A stretch of DNA of 64,000 nt from a virus. Lineage: Duplodnaviria > Caudoviricetes. Under the pieces are notes generated by a model. It saw nothing but the letters and a program-made list of their open reading frames with translations. It ran no database searches and was not told where the DNA came from. The position numbers and the translations under genes are program-made. Numbering within the stretch: position 1 is the stretch's first letter; the number at the start of each line of letters is the position of its first letter. The stretch is taken from IMG/VR virus record IMGVR_UViG_3300047557_002530; one strand, 5' to 3'. Positions 1 to 7,627 of the stretch are shown piece by piece.

Positions 1-146
1 CACCGACCCTTACGAGACGACTACTCCAGAAGTGGTTTTTGATTATGTGAAATCTACAGTTCGAGAAACTGCAACTGTTTGAAGAATACTCAAAGCGTCC
101 GAAAGGGCGCTTTTTTAATAAATAAAATATCGAATGAGTAGGAAAG

Positions 147-836
147 ATGAGAGTAGATCTTCATAACTTTTTTCAATATTATGATCCAAAGAATCCTAAG
201 CACGTTGCAGCAGTTGAGCAACTAGAAGTAGATCTTAAGGATTCTCCACTTCTTGACGATAGTTCTAATTGGGTCAAAATTTACAGGACAAAACCAACTG
301 TTCCTGGTGTTCTATCTGTTCCTTTTTATCCACAGACAGATAATTACAGAGATGCGCAAAGAACTTGCAATTCATCTGCTTGTGCTATGTGCTTAGAGTA
401 TTTCAAACCAGGCACTCTCCAAGGAGCAAAGGGCGATGATGCCTACGTTCGAAAAGTTTTTGCGATTGGTGATTCAACTGATCACACCGTCCAGACAAAA
501 GTTTTGGAAGGTTATGGAATTAAGTCACGCTTTAGTTACAATTTATCTTTTTCTGATCTTGATCGTGAGTTATCTGCTGGGAGACCTGTCGTTATTGGTA
601 TCTTGCACCGCGGCTCTTTATCTAATCCTACTGGTGGGCACATGGTTGTAGTGATTGGTAAGAGAGGTGAGGATTATGTTGTGAATGATCCCTATGGTTC
701 TCTCAATGATGGTTACACTGGACCTGTAACAAATGGTAAGGGTGCAGTCTATAAGAAGTCTGATCTTACTTATCGTTGGTTAGAAAGAGGTAAAGATAAG
801 ACTGGTTGGGGTCGTATCTTTGACGCAAAAAAGTAG
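147..836 (+). CDS. C39-like cysteine peptidase (putative endolysin component)
   Basis: Cys motif QRTCNSSACAM, His motif GGHMVVVIG and VNDPYG, the usual C39-like catalytic set; adjacent to a lysozyme. Confidence 0.75.
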   Translation: MRVDLHNFFQYYDPKNPKHVAAVEQLEVDLKDSPLLDDSSNWVKIYRTKPTVPGVLSVPFYPQTDNYRDAQRTCNSSACAMCLEYFKPGTLQGAKGDDAYVRKVFAIGDSTDHTVQTKVLEGYGIKSRFSYNLSFSDLDRELSAGRPVVIGILHRGSLSNPTGGHMVVVIGKRGEDYVVNDPYGSLNDGYTGPVTNGKGAVYKKSDLTYRWLERGKDKTGWGRIFDAKK

Positions 837-883
837 AAACGCCAACTAACATTAATAATGCCAATGAAGTGCCGTTGGTTGGC
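827..883 (+). promoter_or_regulatory. Candidate -1 ribosomal frameshift signal (A AAA AAG plus 3' stem-loop)
   Basis: Heptamer 827-833 in phase just before the TAG; 7-nt spacer; stem gccaactaac (841-850) / gttggttggc (874-883); the -1 frame is open into the lysozyme ORF. Confidence 0.65.
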
Positions 884-1327
884 ATTAATTTAATTAAAGA
901 GTTTGAAGGATGTCATTTGAATGCTTATCCAGATCCTTTAACAAAAGGACCACCTATTACAATAGGTTGGGGAAGCACTAAAGACTTTGACGGAACACCA
1001 TTTAAAATAGGTAGAGTGATTACTCAAAAGTATGCAGACACTCTACTTGAGTTTGATTTAAAGAATAGATTTTTACCAGCACTTCAAAGAATACCTTATT
1101 GGAGCGAAATGAATGAAAATCAACAAGGCACAATTCTTAGCTTTGCTTATAATCTTGGTGCTAATTTTTATGGAAGCTCTAATTTTAATACGATAACTAG
1201 AGTTCTTAAAAACAAAGAATGGACTAAAGTACCTGATGCCTTATATCTTTATCATAACCCAGGAACAAGTGTAGAAGCAGGATTGAAGAGGAGGAGAGTT
1301 GCAGAAGGTAAACTTTGGAGTTCTTAA
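869..1327 (+). CDS. Phage lysozyme (GH24); GTG start without a clear RBS, possibly made mainly as a frameshift fusion
   Basis: EFEGCHLNAYPD...TIGWG catalytic region, SFAYNLG, GLKRRRVAEGKLW terminus. Confidence 0.85.
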   Translation: MPLVGINLIKEFEGCHLNAYPDPLTKGPPITIGWGSTKDFDGTPFKIGRVITQKYADTLLEFDLKNRFLPALQRIPYWSEMNENQQGTILSFAYNLGANFYGSSNFNTITRVLKNKEWTKVPDALYLYHNPGTSVEAGLKRRRVAEGKLWSS

Positions 1328-1569
1328 TCGTCCATCTTTGCTTTTAATCCAAGCAATGCCGTAAACAAAGTAAACAAAGCATCATATCCTCTTCTTTCAG
1401 ATTCTTTGCAATCTAAGGGAGGGGAATTTTTTAATCCACCTAGTGCATCTGCTCTTTCCATAGAACCTGGAACCATAAAGTTACAGTTGGCAAAAGTAAC
1501 ACCAACGTATCCAAGTGTTCCTACTACAATAACGACGATTAACTTATCAATTAGTTTTAAGTTTTTCAT
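1324..1569 (-). CDS. Small membrane protein, hypothetical
   Basis: Two hydrophobic segments; overlaps the neighbouring ORF by 4 nt. Confidence 0.55.
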   Translation of the reverse strand: MKNLKLIDKLIVVIVVGTLGYVGVTFANCNFMVPGSMERADALGGLKNSPPLDCKESERRGYDALFTLFTALLGLKAKMDD

Positions 1570-1757
1570 CTTCCTTCTTGTTTATGAATCCAAGTTTTCA
1601 ATTCGTGCAAATATTGCCTAAGTTCATCTGCTTTACGAAGATGCCACGAATCACCACTCTTGAAATACTCTTGAGTGTGATTATCAATTGCTTTTAGAAT
1701 ATTATGTATTGGTGCGTTCCATCGCTCACGCTTCGGAGTATTCCATTCGCGTGGCAT
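1566..1757 (-). CDS. Hypothetical protein
   Basis: RBS (gaggaatt) before ATG; chained with neighbours. Confidence 0.6.
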   Translation of the reverse strand: MPREWNTPKRERWNAPIHNILKAIDNHTQEYFKSGDSWHLRKADELRQYLHELKTWIHKQEGR

Positions 1758-1763
1758 AATTCC

Positions 1764-1877
1764 TCACTTCTTCTTGCCACCATTCTTTGCTTTTTTCGCA
1801 GTCGCATTACCTTGATTTTGTTTGGATTGCTTGCCCCCAGCAGAACCCTTCTTACCTTTGTTTGCAGACTTTGACAC
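1764..1877 (-). CDS. Small Lys/Gly-rich basic peptide (about 37 aa, GTG start)
   Basis: Read manually: (M)SKSANKGKKGSAGGKQSKQNQGNATAKKAKNGGKKK. Confidence 0.45.
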   Translation of the reverse strand: MSKSANKGKKGSAGGKQSKQNQGNATAKKAKNGGKKK

Positions 1878-1956
1878 TGCACCGCCCCATATGATACAAT
1901 GATATTTAGGAAAAACTGTTCCTATTTATACTGTGCCACCTAGGCAATTCGACCTA

Positions 1957-1990
1957 TTGACACCGCTTTCTGGTCGTGCTATCATAAATA
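1957..1990 (+). promoter_or_regulatory. psbA promoter: sigma70-type plus overlapping T4 late-type box
   Basis: TTGACA-17 nt-TATCAT, with CATAAATA at 1983-1990. Confidence 0.7.
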
Positions 1991-2039
1991 GGTAAACAAA
2001 TGTTACGAAACGCTAACGATTCTTAACATTGTTAAACAC

Positions 2040-2140
2040 CCGCTAACCGAGACCTATGGGTGTATAAAAACGTCTCTCATACCCACAGTGGAGGGTGCTG
2101 TGGGGAATAATCGTATCAGTTCGTCCCCCCGAACTTTTAA
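2040..2140 (+). ncRNA. Structured psbA 5' leader, PhotoRC-II-like RNA motif
   Basis: Complementary segments (gagac/gtctc, tatgggt/(a)taccca, ccacag/ctgtgg) directly upstream of a cyanophage psbA, where PhotoRC-II RNAs are known; boundaries approximate. Confidence 0.55.
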
Positions 2141-2157
2141 CTAACTCTCTTAAACAA

Positions 2158-3237
2158 ATGACTGCTACAATTTCACGTCAACAACAATCGAATACTTGGG
2201 AACAATTCTGCAACTGGGTTACTAGCACTGATAACCGTCTCTATGTAGGTTGGTTCGGAGTCCTGATGATTCCAACATTGCTCGCCGCAACAATCTGCTT
2301 CATCATCGCATTTGTCGGTGCTCCCCCTGTAGACATTGATGGAATCCGTGAACCAGTCGCTGGTTCTCTAATGTATGGAAACAACATCATCTCTGGTGCT
2401 GTTATTCCTTCGTCCAACGCGATTGGACTGCACTTCTACCCCATCTGGGAAGCTGCTTCACTTGATGAGTGGCTTTACAACGGCGGACCTTTCCAACTGG
2501 TAGTGTTCCACTTCCTCATCGGCATCTATGCTTATATGGGTCGTGAATGGGAACTCTCATACCGCCTAGGTATGCGTCCTTGGATCTGTGTTGCTTACTC
2601 TGCACCTGTTGCTGCTGCCAGCGCAGTGTTCCTAGTCTATCCTTTCGGTCAAGGTTCTTTCTCTGATGCAATGCCTCTGGGTATCTCTGGTACCTTCAAC
2701 TACATGCTTGTTTTCCAGGCAGAACATAACATCCTGATGCACCCCTTCCACATGCTTGGAGTTGCTGGTGTCTTCGGTGGTTCACTGTTCTCTGCAATGC
2801 ACGGTTCTCTAGTTACTTCCTCACTGGTTCGTGAAACCACCGAGCAAGAGTCGCAGAACTATGGTTACAAGTTCGGTCAAGAAGAAGAGACTTATAACAT
2901 CGTTGCAGCACACGGTTATTTCGGTCGCCTGATCTTCCAATATGCTTCCTTCAATAACTCTCGTTCGCTACACTTCTTCCTTGCTGCTTGGCCTGTTGTC
3001 GGTATCTGGTTCACTGCTCTTGGTGTTAGCACCATGGCCTTTAACTTAAATGGCTTTAATTTCAACCAGTCTCTGCTTGATAGTCAGGGTCGTGTAGTTA
3101 ACACCTGGGCTGATGTTCTTAACCGTGCTGGACTGGGAATGGAAGTGATGCACGAGAGAAATGCACATAACTTTCCTTTGGACCTGGCTGCTGCCGAAGC
3201 AACTCCTGTTGCTCTAACTGCACCTTCTATCGGTTGA
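2158..3237 (+). CDS. psbA: Photosystem II D1 protein
   Basis: Full-length D1 ([10 protein letters not shown]...HNFPLDLA plus C-terminal extension); no intron; real start at 2158, not 2095. Confidence 0.99.
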   Translation: MTATISRQQQSNTWEQFCNWVTSTDNRLYVGWFGVLMIPTLLAATICFIIAFVGAPPVDIDGIREPVAGSLMYGNNIISGAVIPSSNAIGLHFYPIWEAASLDEWLYNGGPFQLVVFHFLIGIYAYMGREWELSYRLGMRPWICVAYSAPVAAASAVFLVYPFGQGSFSDAMPLGISGTFNYMLVFQAEHNILMHPFHMLGVAGVFGGSLFSAMHGSLVTSSLVRETTEQESQNYGYKFGQEEETYNIVAAHGYFGRLIFQYASFNNSRSLHFFLAAWPVVGIWFTALGVSTMAFNLNGFNFNQSLLDSQGRVVNTWADVLNRAGLGMEVMHERNAHNFPLDLAAAEATPVALTAPSIG

Positions 3238-3260
3238 GTTTCGTAAAAACTGAATAATCT

Positions 3261-3301
3261 AAAAGGAGGGACTTGCAAAAGTCCCTTTTTTGCTATATAA
3301 T
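3261..3301 (+). terminator. Intrinsic terminator that also carries a sigma70 promoter for the downstream endonuclease
   Basis: Stem gggactt/aagtccc plus T run; TTGCAA (3273-3278)-17 nt-TATAAT (3296-3301). Confidence 0.65.
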
Positions 3302-3331
3302 AATTGAAGTTAAGAAATCAAAGATTGAATT

Positions 3332-3760
3332 ATGAAAACTTGCAACATTTGTGGAGAAACGAAATCACTTGATGAGTATTATATCAATAATTTTGGATAC
3401 CCTCACGGTAAATGTAAAAAGTGCTATGTTAAAAAACAGCAAGAAAAATATGACCCAATGAAAAAAAGAAACGAAAACTTAAAAAGATGTTATGGAATAA
3501 CACTCCAAGAATATAATGAAATGTTAGATAATCAAAATGGTAAATGTGCCACTTGTGGAACTACTGAACCAGGAGGTAGAAAATCTGGTAGGGGCGGTGG
3601 TGCTGATGTATTTGTAGTAGATCACTGCCACGATACTGGTAAAGTTAGAGGTCTTCTTTGTCATAGTTGTAATAGGGCTATGGGACTATTAGGAGATAAT
3701 GTAAGCGTTATTGAAAGTATGATTAAATACCTTGAGCAGCACGAAATTAATGTCTCATAA
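3332..3760 (+). CDS. Free-standing homing endonuclease, endonuclease VII/HNH family (F-CphI-like)
   Basis: N-terminal CxxC...CxxC; VVDHCHDTGKVRGLLCHSCNRAMG endo VII motif; lies just downstream of psbA, as F-CphI does. Confidence 0.85.
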   Translation: MKTCNICGETKSLDEYYINNFGYPHGKCKKCYVKKQQEKYDPMKKRNENLKRCYGITLQEYNEMLDNQNGKCATCGTTEPGGRKSGRGGGADVFVVDHCHDTGKVRGLLCHSCNRAMGLLGDNVSVIESMIKYLEQHEINVS

Positions 3761-3872
3761 TACTCAACACGAACCTATGCCTAACTGGGTAATCTGGGTA
3801 GGCGTAGGTATGATGGTATTTACGGTTCTTGTTTTTGTCTTATTCACTCTTGGGCAAATTTACTGGGGATAA
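3750..3872 (+). CDS. Small membrane peptide (40 aa)
   Basis: MSHNTQHEPMPNWVIWVGVGMMVFTVLVFVLFTLGQIYWG; one transmembrane segment. Confidence 0.5.
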   Translation: MSHNTQHEPMPNWVIWVGVGMMVFTVLVFVLFTLGQIYWG

Positions 3873-3940
3873 GTGCTAATACTCATTGACTCTTATTATG
3901 AAGTATTGTAAACTAAATATGAGAAATCACATAGGAGGCT

Positions 3941-4087
3941 ATGACTTCTTCAACACTTTCACAACCAATTCAACAAAGGGGGTGGTTTGATGTCCTGGAT
4001 GACTGGCTTAAACGAGATCGCTTTGTATTTGTGGGTTGGTCTGGACTATTACTTTTTCCCACTGCTTATTTGGCCCTTGACTGGTAG
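3941..4087 (+). pseudogene. psbD: Truncated 5' end of psbD (46 homologous codons, then a stop)
   Basis: [48 protein letters not shown]; GGAGG RBS; homology ends at 4078. Confidence 0.92.
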
Positions 4088-4199
4088 GACTGCTGAATGA
4101 CTTTTCTGGGATTGTATCTAATCTTTATTGGTGTGAAGGGATTGTTTAGAGATTTACAGAGATACAGAGAACAAACTGATAATAGGTAAAAATATAAAA

Positions 4200-4256
4200 G
4201 ACACTTTCTAAACTGGAACAGGGGCACTTCGCAGGTGCCCTTTTTGATGGTATAAT
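4200..4256 (+). promoter_or_regulatory. Early-region-type promoter/stem-loop cassette (copy 1)
   Basis: GACAC-N7-ACTGGAAC, hairpin gggcac/gtgccc, TATAAT at 4251; same layout as copies at 54877, 56835, 61331, 63439. Confidence 0.65.
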
Positions 4257-4280
4257 ACTCTCATATACAAAGAGTTTCAA

Positions 4281-4676
4281 ATGCTAAAAACTAAAACTGT
4301 AAAGATAGTAAGTGTGAGTGATTGGGATGACTTTGTAATCCTTATCTATGGAAAGCATTACAGTTTTCAACAACAAGATGGGTGTAAATCAAGAGGAACT
4401 GCTTATTTTACTGTTCCAAATCAATATGATGCGGAAGAGTTTGATAGTGAGGCAACTACAATCCCATTTGAAGTTAATGGTGAAGAAATGGGTGTGAGTT
4501 TTGAAACTTGGTTGAATACAAATTTGGAGGATACTGCTTCACACTTTGAATCTGATTGGGAGAATAAGTTGTTCTGGGAAAGGAATTTTTATCCAGATGT
4601 AAACACAATTGTTTGGGACTTATACAAACGAGGATTGCTTGAAGAAGGTGAATATATGATTGATATTGATTGGTGA
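4281..4676 (+). CDS. Hypothetical protein of early-gene type, inserted in the psbD locus
   Basis: 131-aa acidic ORF behind the promoter cassette. Confidence 0.7.
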   Translation: MLKTKTVKIVSVSDWDDFVILIYGKHYSFQQQDGCKSRGTAYFTVPNQYDAEEFDSEATTIPFEVNGEEMGVSFETWLNTNLEDTASHFESDWENKLFWERNFYPDVNTIVWDLYKRGLLEEGEYMIDIDW

Positions 4677-4737
4677 CTAAAAAGTAAAAATATTCATTTG
4701 TATAAATAATAATGTAGTTAACACAGTAGTAGTAAGA

Positions 4738-5319
4738 ATGAAACATAAGCACCATATTATTCCAAGACATATGGGTGGTAGTGATGACCCATCAAATCTT
4801 ATTGAACTGACTGTGGAAGAACACGCAGAGGCACACAGAAAGTTGTGGGAGCAATATGGTAATATCAAAGATTATTGTGCTTGGAAAGGTTTAGAAGGAA
4901 CTATTGGTAAAGAAGAGATTGTAAGGTTGCTGATGGACCCAACTGGAAGAGTTCATACAGAAGAAACCAAGAAGAAAATGAGTGAGGCACATAAAGGCAA
5001 ACCAAAGCATACACCTGAAAGTAAAGAAAAAATAAGTGAAGCAAGAAAAGGAAAGCCTTTGAGTGAGGAGCATAAAAGAAAAATAGGTGAGGCAGGTTTA
5101 GGTAATAAAAGATGTCTTGGAAATAAACTAACAGAAGAGCACAAAGAAAAACTTTCTAAAAGTATGAAAGGAAATAAAAATGCTTGTGGTCCTCAAAAAG
5201 TTAGTGAAGAAGCAAAGAAAAATAGAAGTGAAGCAACCAAAGAAAGATGGAGAAAATATAGAGAACAAAAAGGATTTGACCCTAACAAACCTATTGATGG
5301 TAGATACTCTAAAATATAG
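4738..5319 (+). CDS. HNH homing endonuclease with NUMOD3 repeats
   Basis: [34 protein letters not shown] core; repeated [12 protein letters not shown]-type motifs; TATAAATA late promoter upstream. Confidence 0.85.
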   Translation: MKHKHHIIPRHMGGSDDPSNLIELTVEEHAEAHRKLWEQYGNIKDYCAWKGLEGTIGKEEIVRLLMDPTGRVHTEETKKKMSEAHKGKPKHTPESKEKISEARKGKPLSEEHKRKIGEAGLGNKRCLGNKLTEEHKEKLSKSMKGNKNACGPQKVSEEAKKNRSEATKERWRKYREQKGFDPNKPIDGRYSKI

Positions 5320-5419
5320 TGCCCGCAAGGGCACCTGCCGAAGGCAGTAAGTATAAATACACTTCCCTTTTTATCCAGTTTCCATTACAATAAATATGTA
5401 AAGTAATGTAAAGGAGGCT

Positions 5420-6484
5420 ATGACTTCTTCTGTTTTACAGACACCCTCCCAATCACAGCGTGGATGGTTTGATGTCCTTGATGATTGGTTGAAAAGGGAC
5501 AGATTTGTGTTCGTAGGTTGGTCTGGCCTACTTTTATTTCCAACAGCATACCTCGCACTTGGTGGGTGGCTTACTGGTATTACATTTATCACTAGTTGGT
5601 ATACACACGGTATTGCTTCAAGTTTTTTAGAAGGTTGTAATTTCTTAACAGCTGCGTTGAGTACCCCAGCAGATGCTCTCGGACATTCCCTTCTACTTCT
5701 CTGGGGTCCTGAGTCTCAAGGGGATTTCATCAGGTGGTGCCAACTTGGGGGACTCTGGACTTTTGTGGCGCTCCACGGATCTTTCTCTCTGATTGGATTC
5801 ATGCTTCGTCAGTTTGAGATTGCTCGTCTTGTAGGCATTCGTCCTTATAATGCTATTGCATTCTCTGGACCCATTGCGGTCTTTGTGAGTGTCTTCCTGA
5901 TGTATCCTCTGGGTCAATCCAGTTGGTTCTTTGCACCATCGTTTGGTGTTGCTGCTATCTTCAGGTTCCTTCTGTTCCTTCAGGGTTTCCACAACTGGAC
6001 CCTCAACCCCTTCCATATGATGGGAGTTGCTGGTATACTGGGTGGAGCACTGCTCTGTGCTATTCACGGAGCAACCGTAGAAAACACACTATTTGAAGAT
6101 GGTGACCAAGCAAATACCTTCAAAGCATTTGAACCGACACAGGAAGAAGAGACCTACTCTATGGTTACTGCTAACAGATTCTGGTCTCAAATCTTCGGTA
6201 TTGCGTTTAGTAATAAGCGTTGGCTTCACTTTTTTATGCTATTTGTTCCTGTTATGGGTTTGTGGACTTCCAGCATCGGTATCATTGGTCTTGCCCTTAA
6301 TCTTCGTGCTTATGATTTTGTAAGTCAGGAGATTCGTGCTGCAGAAGATCCGGAATTTGAGACCTTCGTAACAAAGAACATATTATTGAATGAGGGAATT
6401 CGTGCTTGGATGGCACCTGTAGACCAACCTGGAGCAAACTTTGTATTTCCAGAGGAAGTTTTGCCTCGTGGAAATGCTTTATGA
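5420..6484 (+). CDS. psbD: Photosystem II D2 protein, with recoded 5' and 3' ends
   Basis: Full-length D2 ending [10 protein letters not shown]; GGAGG RBS. Confidence 0.99.
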   Translation: MTSSVLQTPSQSQRGWFDVLDDWLKRDRFVFVGWSGLLLFPTAYLALGGWLTGITFITSWYTHGIASSFLEGCNFLTAALSTPADALGHSLLLLWGPESQGDFIRWCQLGGLWTFVALHGSFSLIGFMLRQFEIARLVGIRPYNAIAFSGPIAVFVSVFLMYPLGQSSWFFAPSFGVAAIFRFLLFLQGFHNWTLNPFHMMGVAGILGGALLCAIHGATVENTLFEDGDQANTFKAFEPTQEEETYSMVTANRFWSQIFGIAFSNKRWLHFFMLFVPVMGLWTSSIGIIGLALNLRAYDFVSQEIRAAEDPEFETFVTKNILLNEGIRAWMAPVDQPGANFVFPEEVLPRGNAL

Positions 6485-6513
6485 TATAAATAATTCTATC
6501 GTGCGGTAGAATT

Positions 6514-6960
6514 ATGGAAAAGATGGGAATGCTTACCATTCTTGATGAATGGTCTGATAAGGTTCACAGATACTGTAAAGTTCAGTGTGAATGTGGAACT
6601 ATAAAAACAGTTCGCAGATCATCTATGAAACCTGGACAAACAGTATCTTGTGGATGTTATAGACGAGAACTTGATAGAAAGAAGGGGAGAGATCTTCGTT
6701 CACCTATGTGGTCTCGGGCAAAATATAGAGCAAAACAAAAGGGTCTGGATTTTAATATCACAAAAGAAGATATTGTTATTCCAGACACCTGCCCTTTGTT
6801 AGGCACTCCTATGGAATCGCCATCATTAGATCGTATTGATTCTTCCAAAGGATATATCAAAGGTAATGTGTGGGTCATCAGTAATAGAGCAAATACTTTA
6901 AAAAATGATGCTACATTACAAGAACTCAAAACATTAGTTGAAAATCTGGAGAAACTATGA
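6514..6960 (+). CDS. HNH homing endonuclease
   Basis: SLDRIDSSKGYIKGNVWVISNRANTLKN HNH motif; N-terminal CQCECG...SCGC; TATAAATA upstream at about 6485. Confidence 0.85.
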   Translation: MEKMGMLTILDEWSDKVHRYCKVQCECGTIKTVRRSSMKPGQTVSCGCYRRELDRKKGRDLRSPMWSRAKYRAKQKGLDFNITKEDIVIPDTCPLLGTPMESPSLDRIDSSKGYIKGNVWVISNRANTLKNDATLQELKTLVENLEKL

Positions 6961-7103
6961 AAGATACTTCTACAAATCAACTTCCACCAAATCAAAAATA
7001 CATTGGGTGGAAAGAAGTAAATGAAAAAGAATTTGATGAGTTGTTTCCTCCCATCCAAAAGAAAAATCGTGAGGAAGTTCTACCGCGAGGTAATGCACTC
7101 TAA
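6957..7103 (+). pseudogene. 48-codon ORF ending in a displaced copy of the last 10 psbD codons (7071-7103)
   Basis: MKDTSTNQLPP...[14 protein letters not shown]. Confidence 0.75.
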
Positions 7104-7111
7104 AAATAAAT

Positions 7112-7139
7112 AAAAGGAGTTCTCTGAACTCCTTTTTTT
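7112..7139 (+). terminator. Intrinsic terminator (probably the original psbD terminator)
   Basis: aaaaggagttc-tct-gaactcctttt followed by a T run. Confidence 0.75.
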
Positions 7140-7210
7140 ATGCTCCTTATTCTTATTCTTTTTCAACTCTTTGGAATCCTAATGTTTATATTATCTGTTA
7201 TGCAAGACCT

Positions 7211-7330
7211 ATGATAACTTCTACAACACCATATAAATTGGCAGAGATCATTAGAGATACTTGGCCAAACCTTTACAGACCGCCAATAAAGACTTATAAT
7301 CAATCAAAAGCACAAGAAAAGAATGTATGA
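7211..7330 (+). CDS. Small hypothetical protein (39 aa)
   Basis: MITSTTPYKLAEIIRDTWPNLYRPP..., read manually. Confidence 0.45.
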   Translation: MITSTTPYKLAEIIRDTWPNLYRPPIKTYNQSKAQEKNV

Positions 7331-7607
7331 CTATTGGGTGGTGACAGACAAAACCACAGGTAGAGTAATCGCTCATTGCGGGGAAGAGAATGATGCATTG
7401 ATGTTAGTTGGATTTGATAAAGATAAAAGAAATTATCGTAAACAAAAGTTTATTCTGGATCAGGTCATTACAGTAACATCAACAACAGATAAACAACTTC
7501 CTGGTCAATTGGGTTTACCTGCAGCAAAAGAAGAACTTCCTCCTATGGATCTTCAACAACAAGTATGGTTGCCTGAGGGACAGGGAATTCCAGTTAACGC
7601 TAAATAA
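7323..7607 (+). CDS. Hypothetical protein
   Basis: 94-aa ORF in the operon chain. Confidence 0.65.
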   Translation: MYDYWVVTDKTTGRVIAHCGEENDALMLVGFDKDKRNYRKQKFILDQVITVTSTTDKQLPGQLGLPAAKEELPPMDLQQQVWLPEGQGIPVNAK

Positions 7608-7627
7608 CTTTCAGTTTTATAACAATT

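Noticed and set aside
851-889. H-type pseudoknot at the lysis frameshift site using attaat/attaat
   Set aside because: Both segments abut the stem directly, leaving no linker, so the geometry is implausible; only the simple stem-loop is claimed.
2095-2157. 21-aa N-terminal extension of D1 in the ORF track
   Set aside because: It starts at a GTG inside the structured leader; D1 homology begins at the ATG at 2158.
2158-3237. Intron in psbA as in S-PM2
   Set aside because: The reading frame is continuous and full length through codon 334.
4079-5419. Group I intron interrupting psbD
   Set aside because: The downstream psbD restarts with its own RBS and ATG and repeats the first 46 codons, so no splicing is needed. 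I could not find group I core elements (P7, terminal G joined to exon 2).
5693-6067. Antisense ORFs over psbD, gp32 (14330-14851), gp5-like (27782-28921) and 58667-59395
   Set aside because: These are shadow frames of well-supported plus-strand genes, with no RBS or recognisable motifs.
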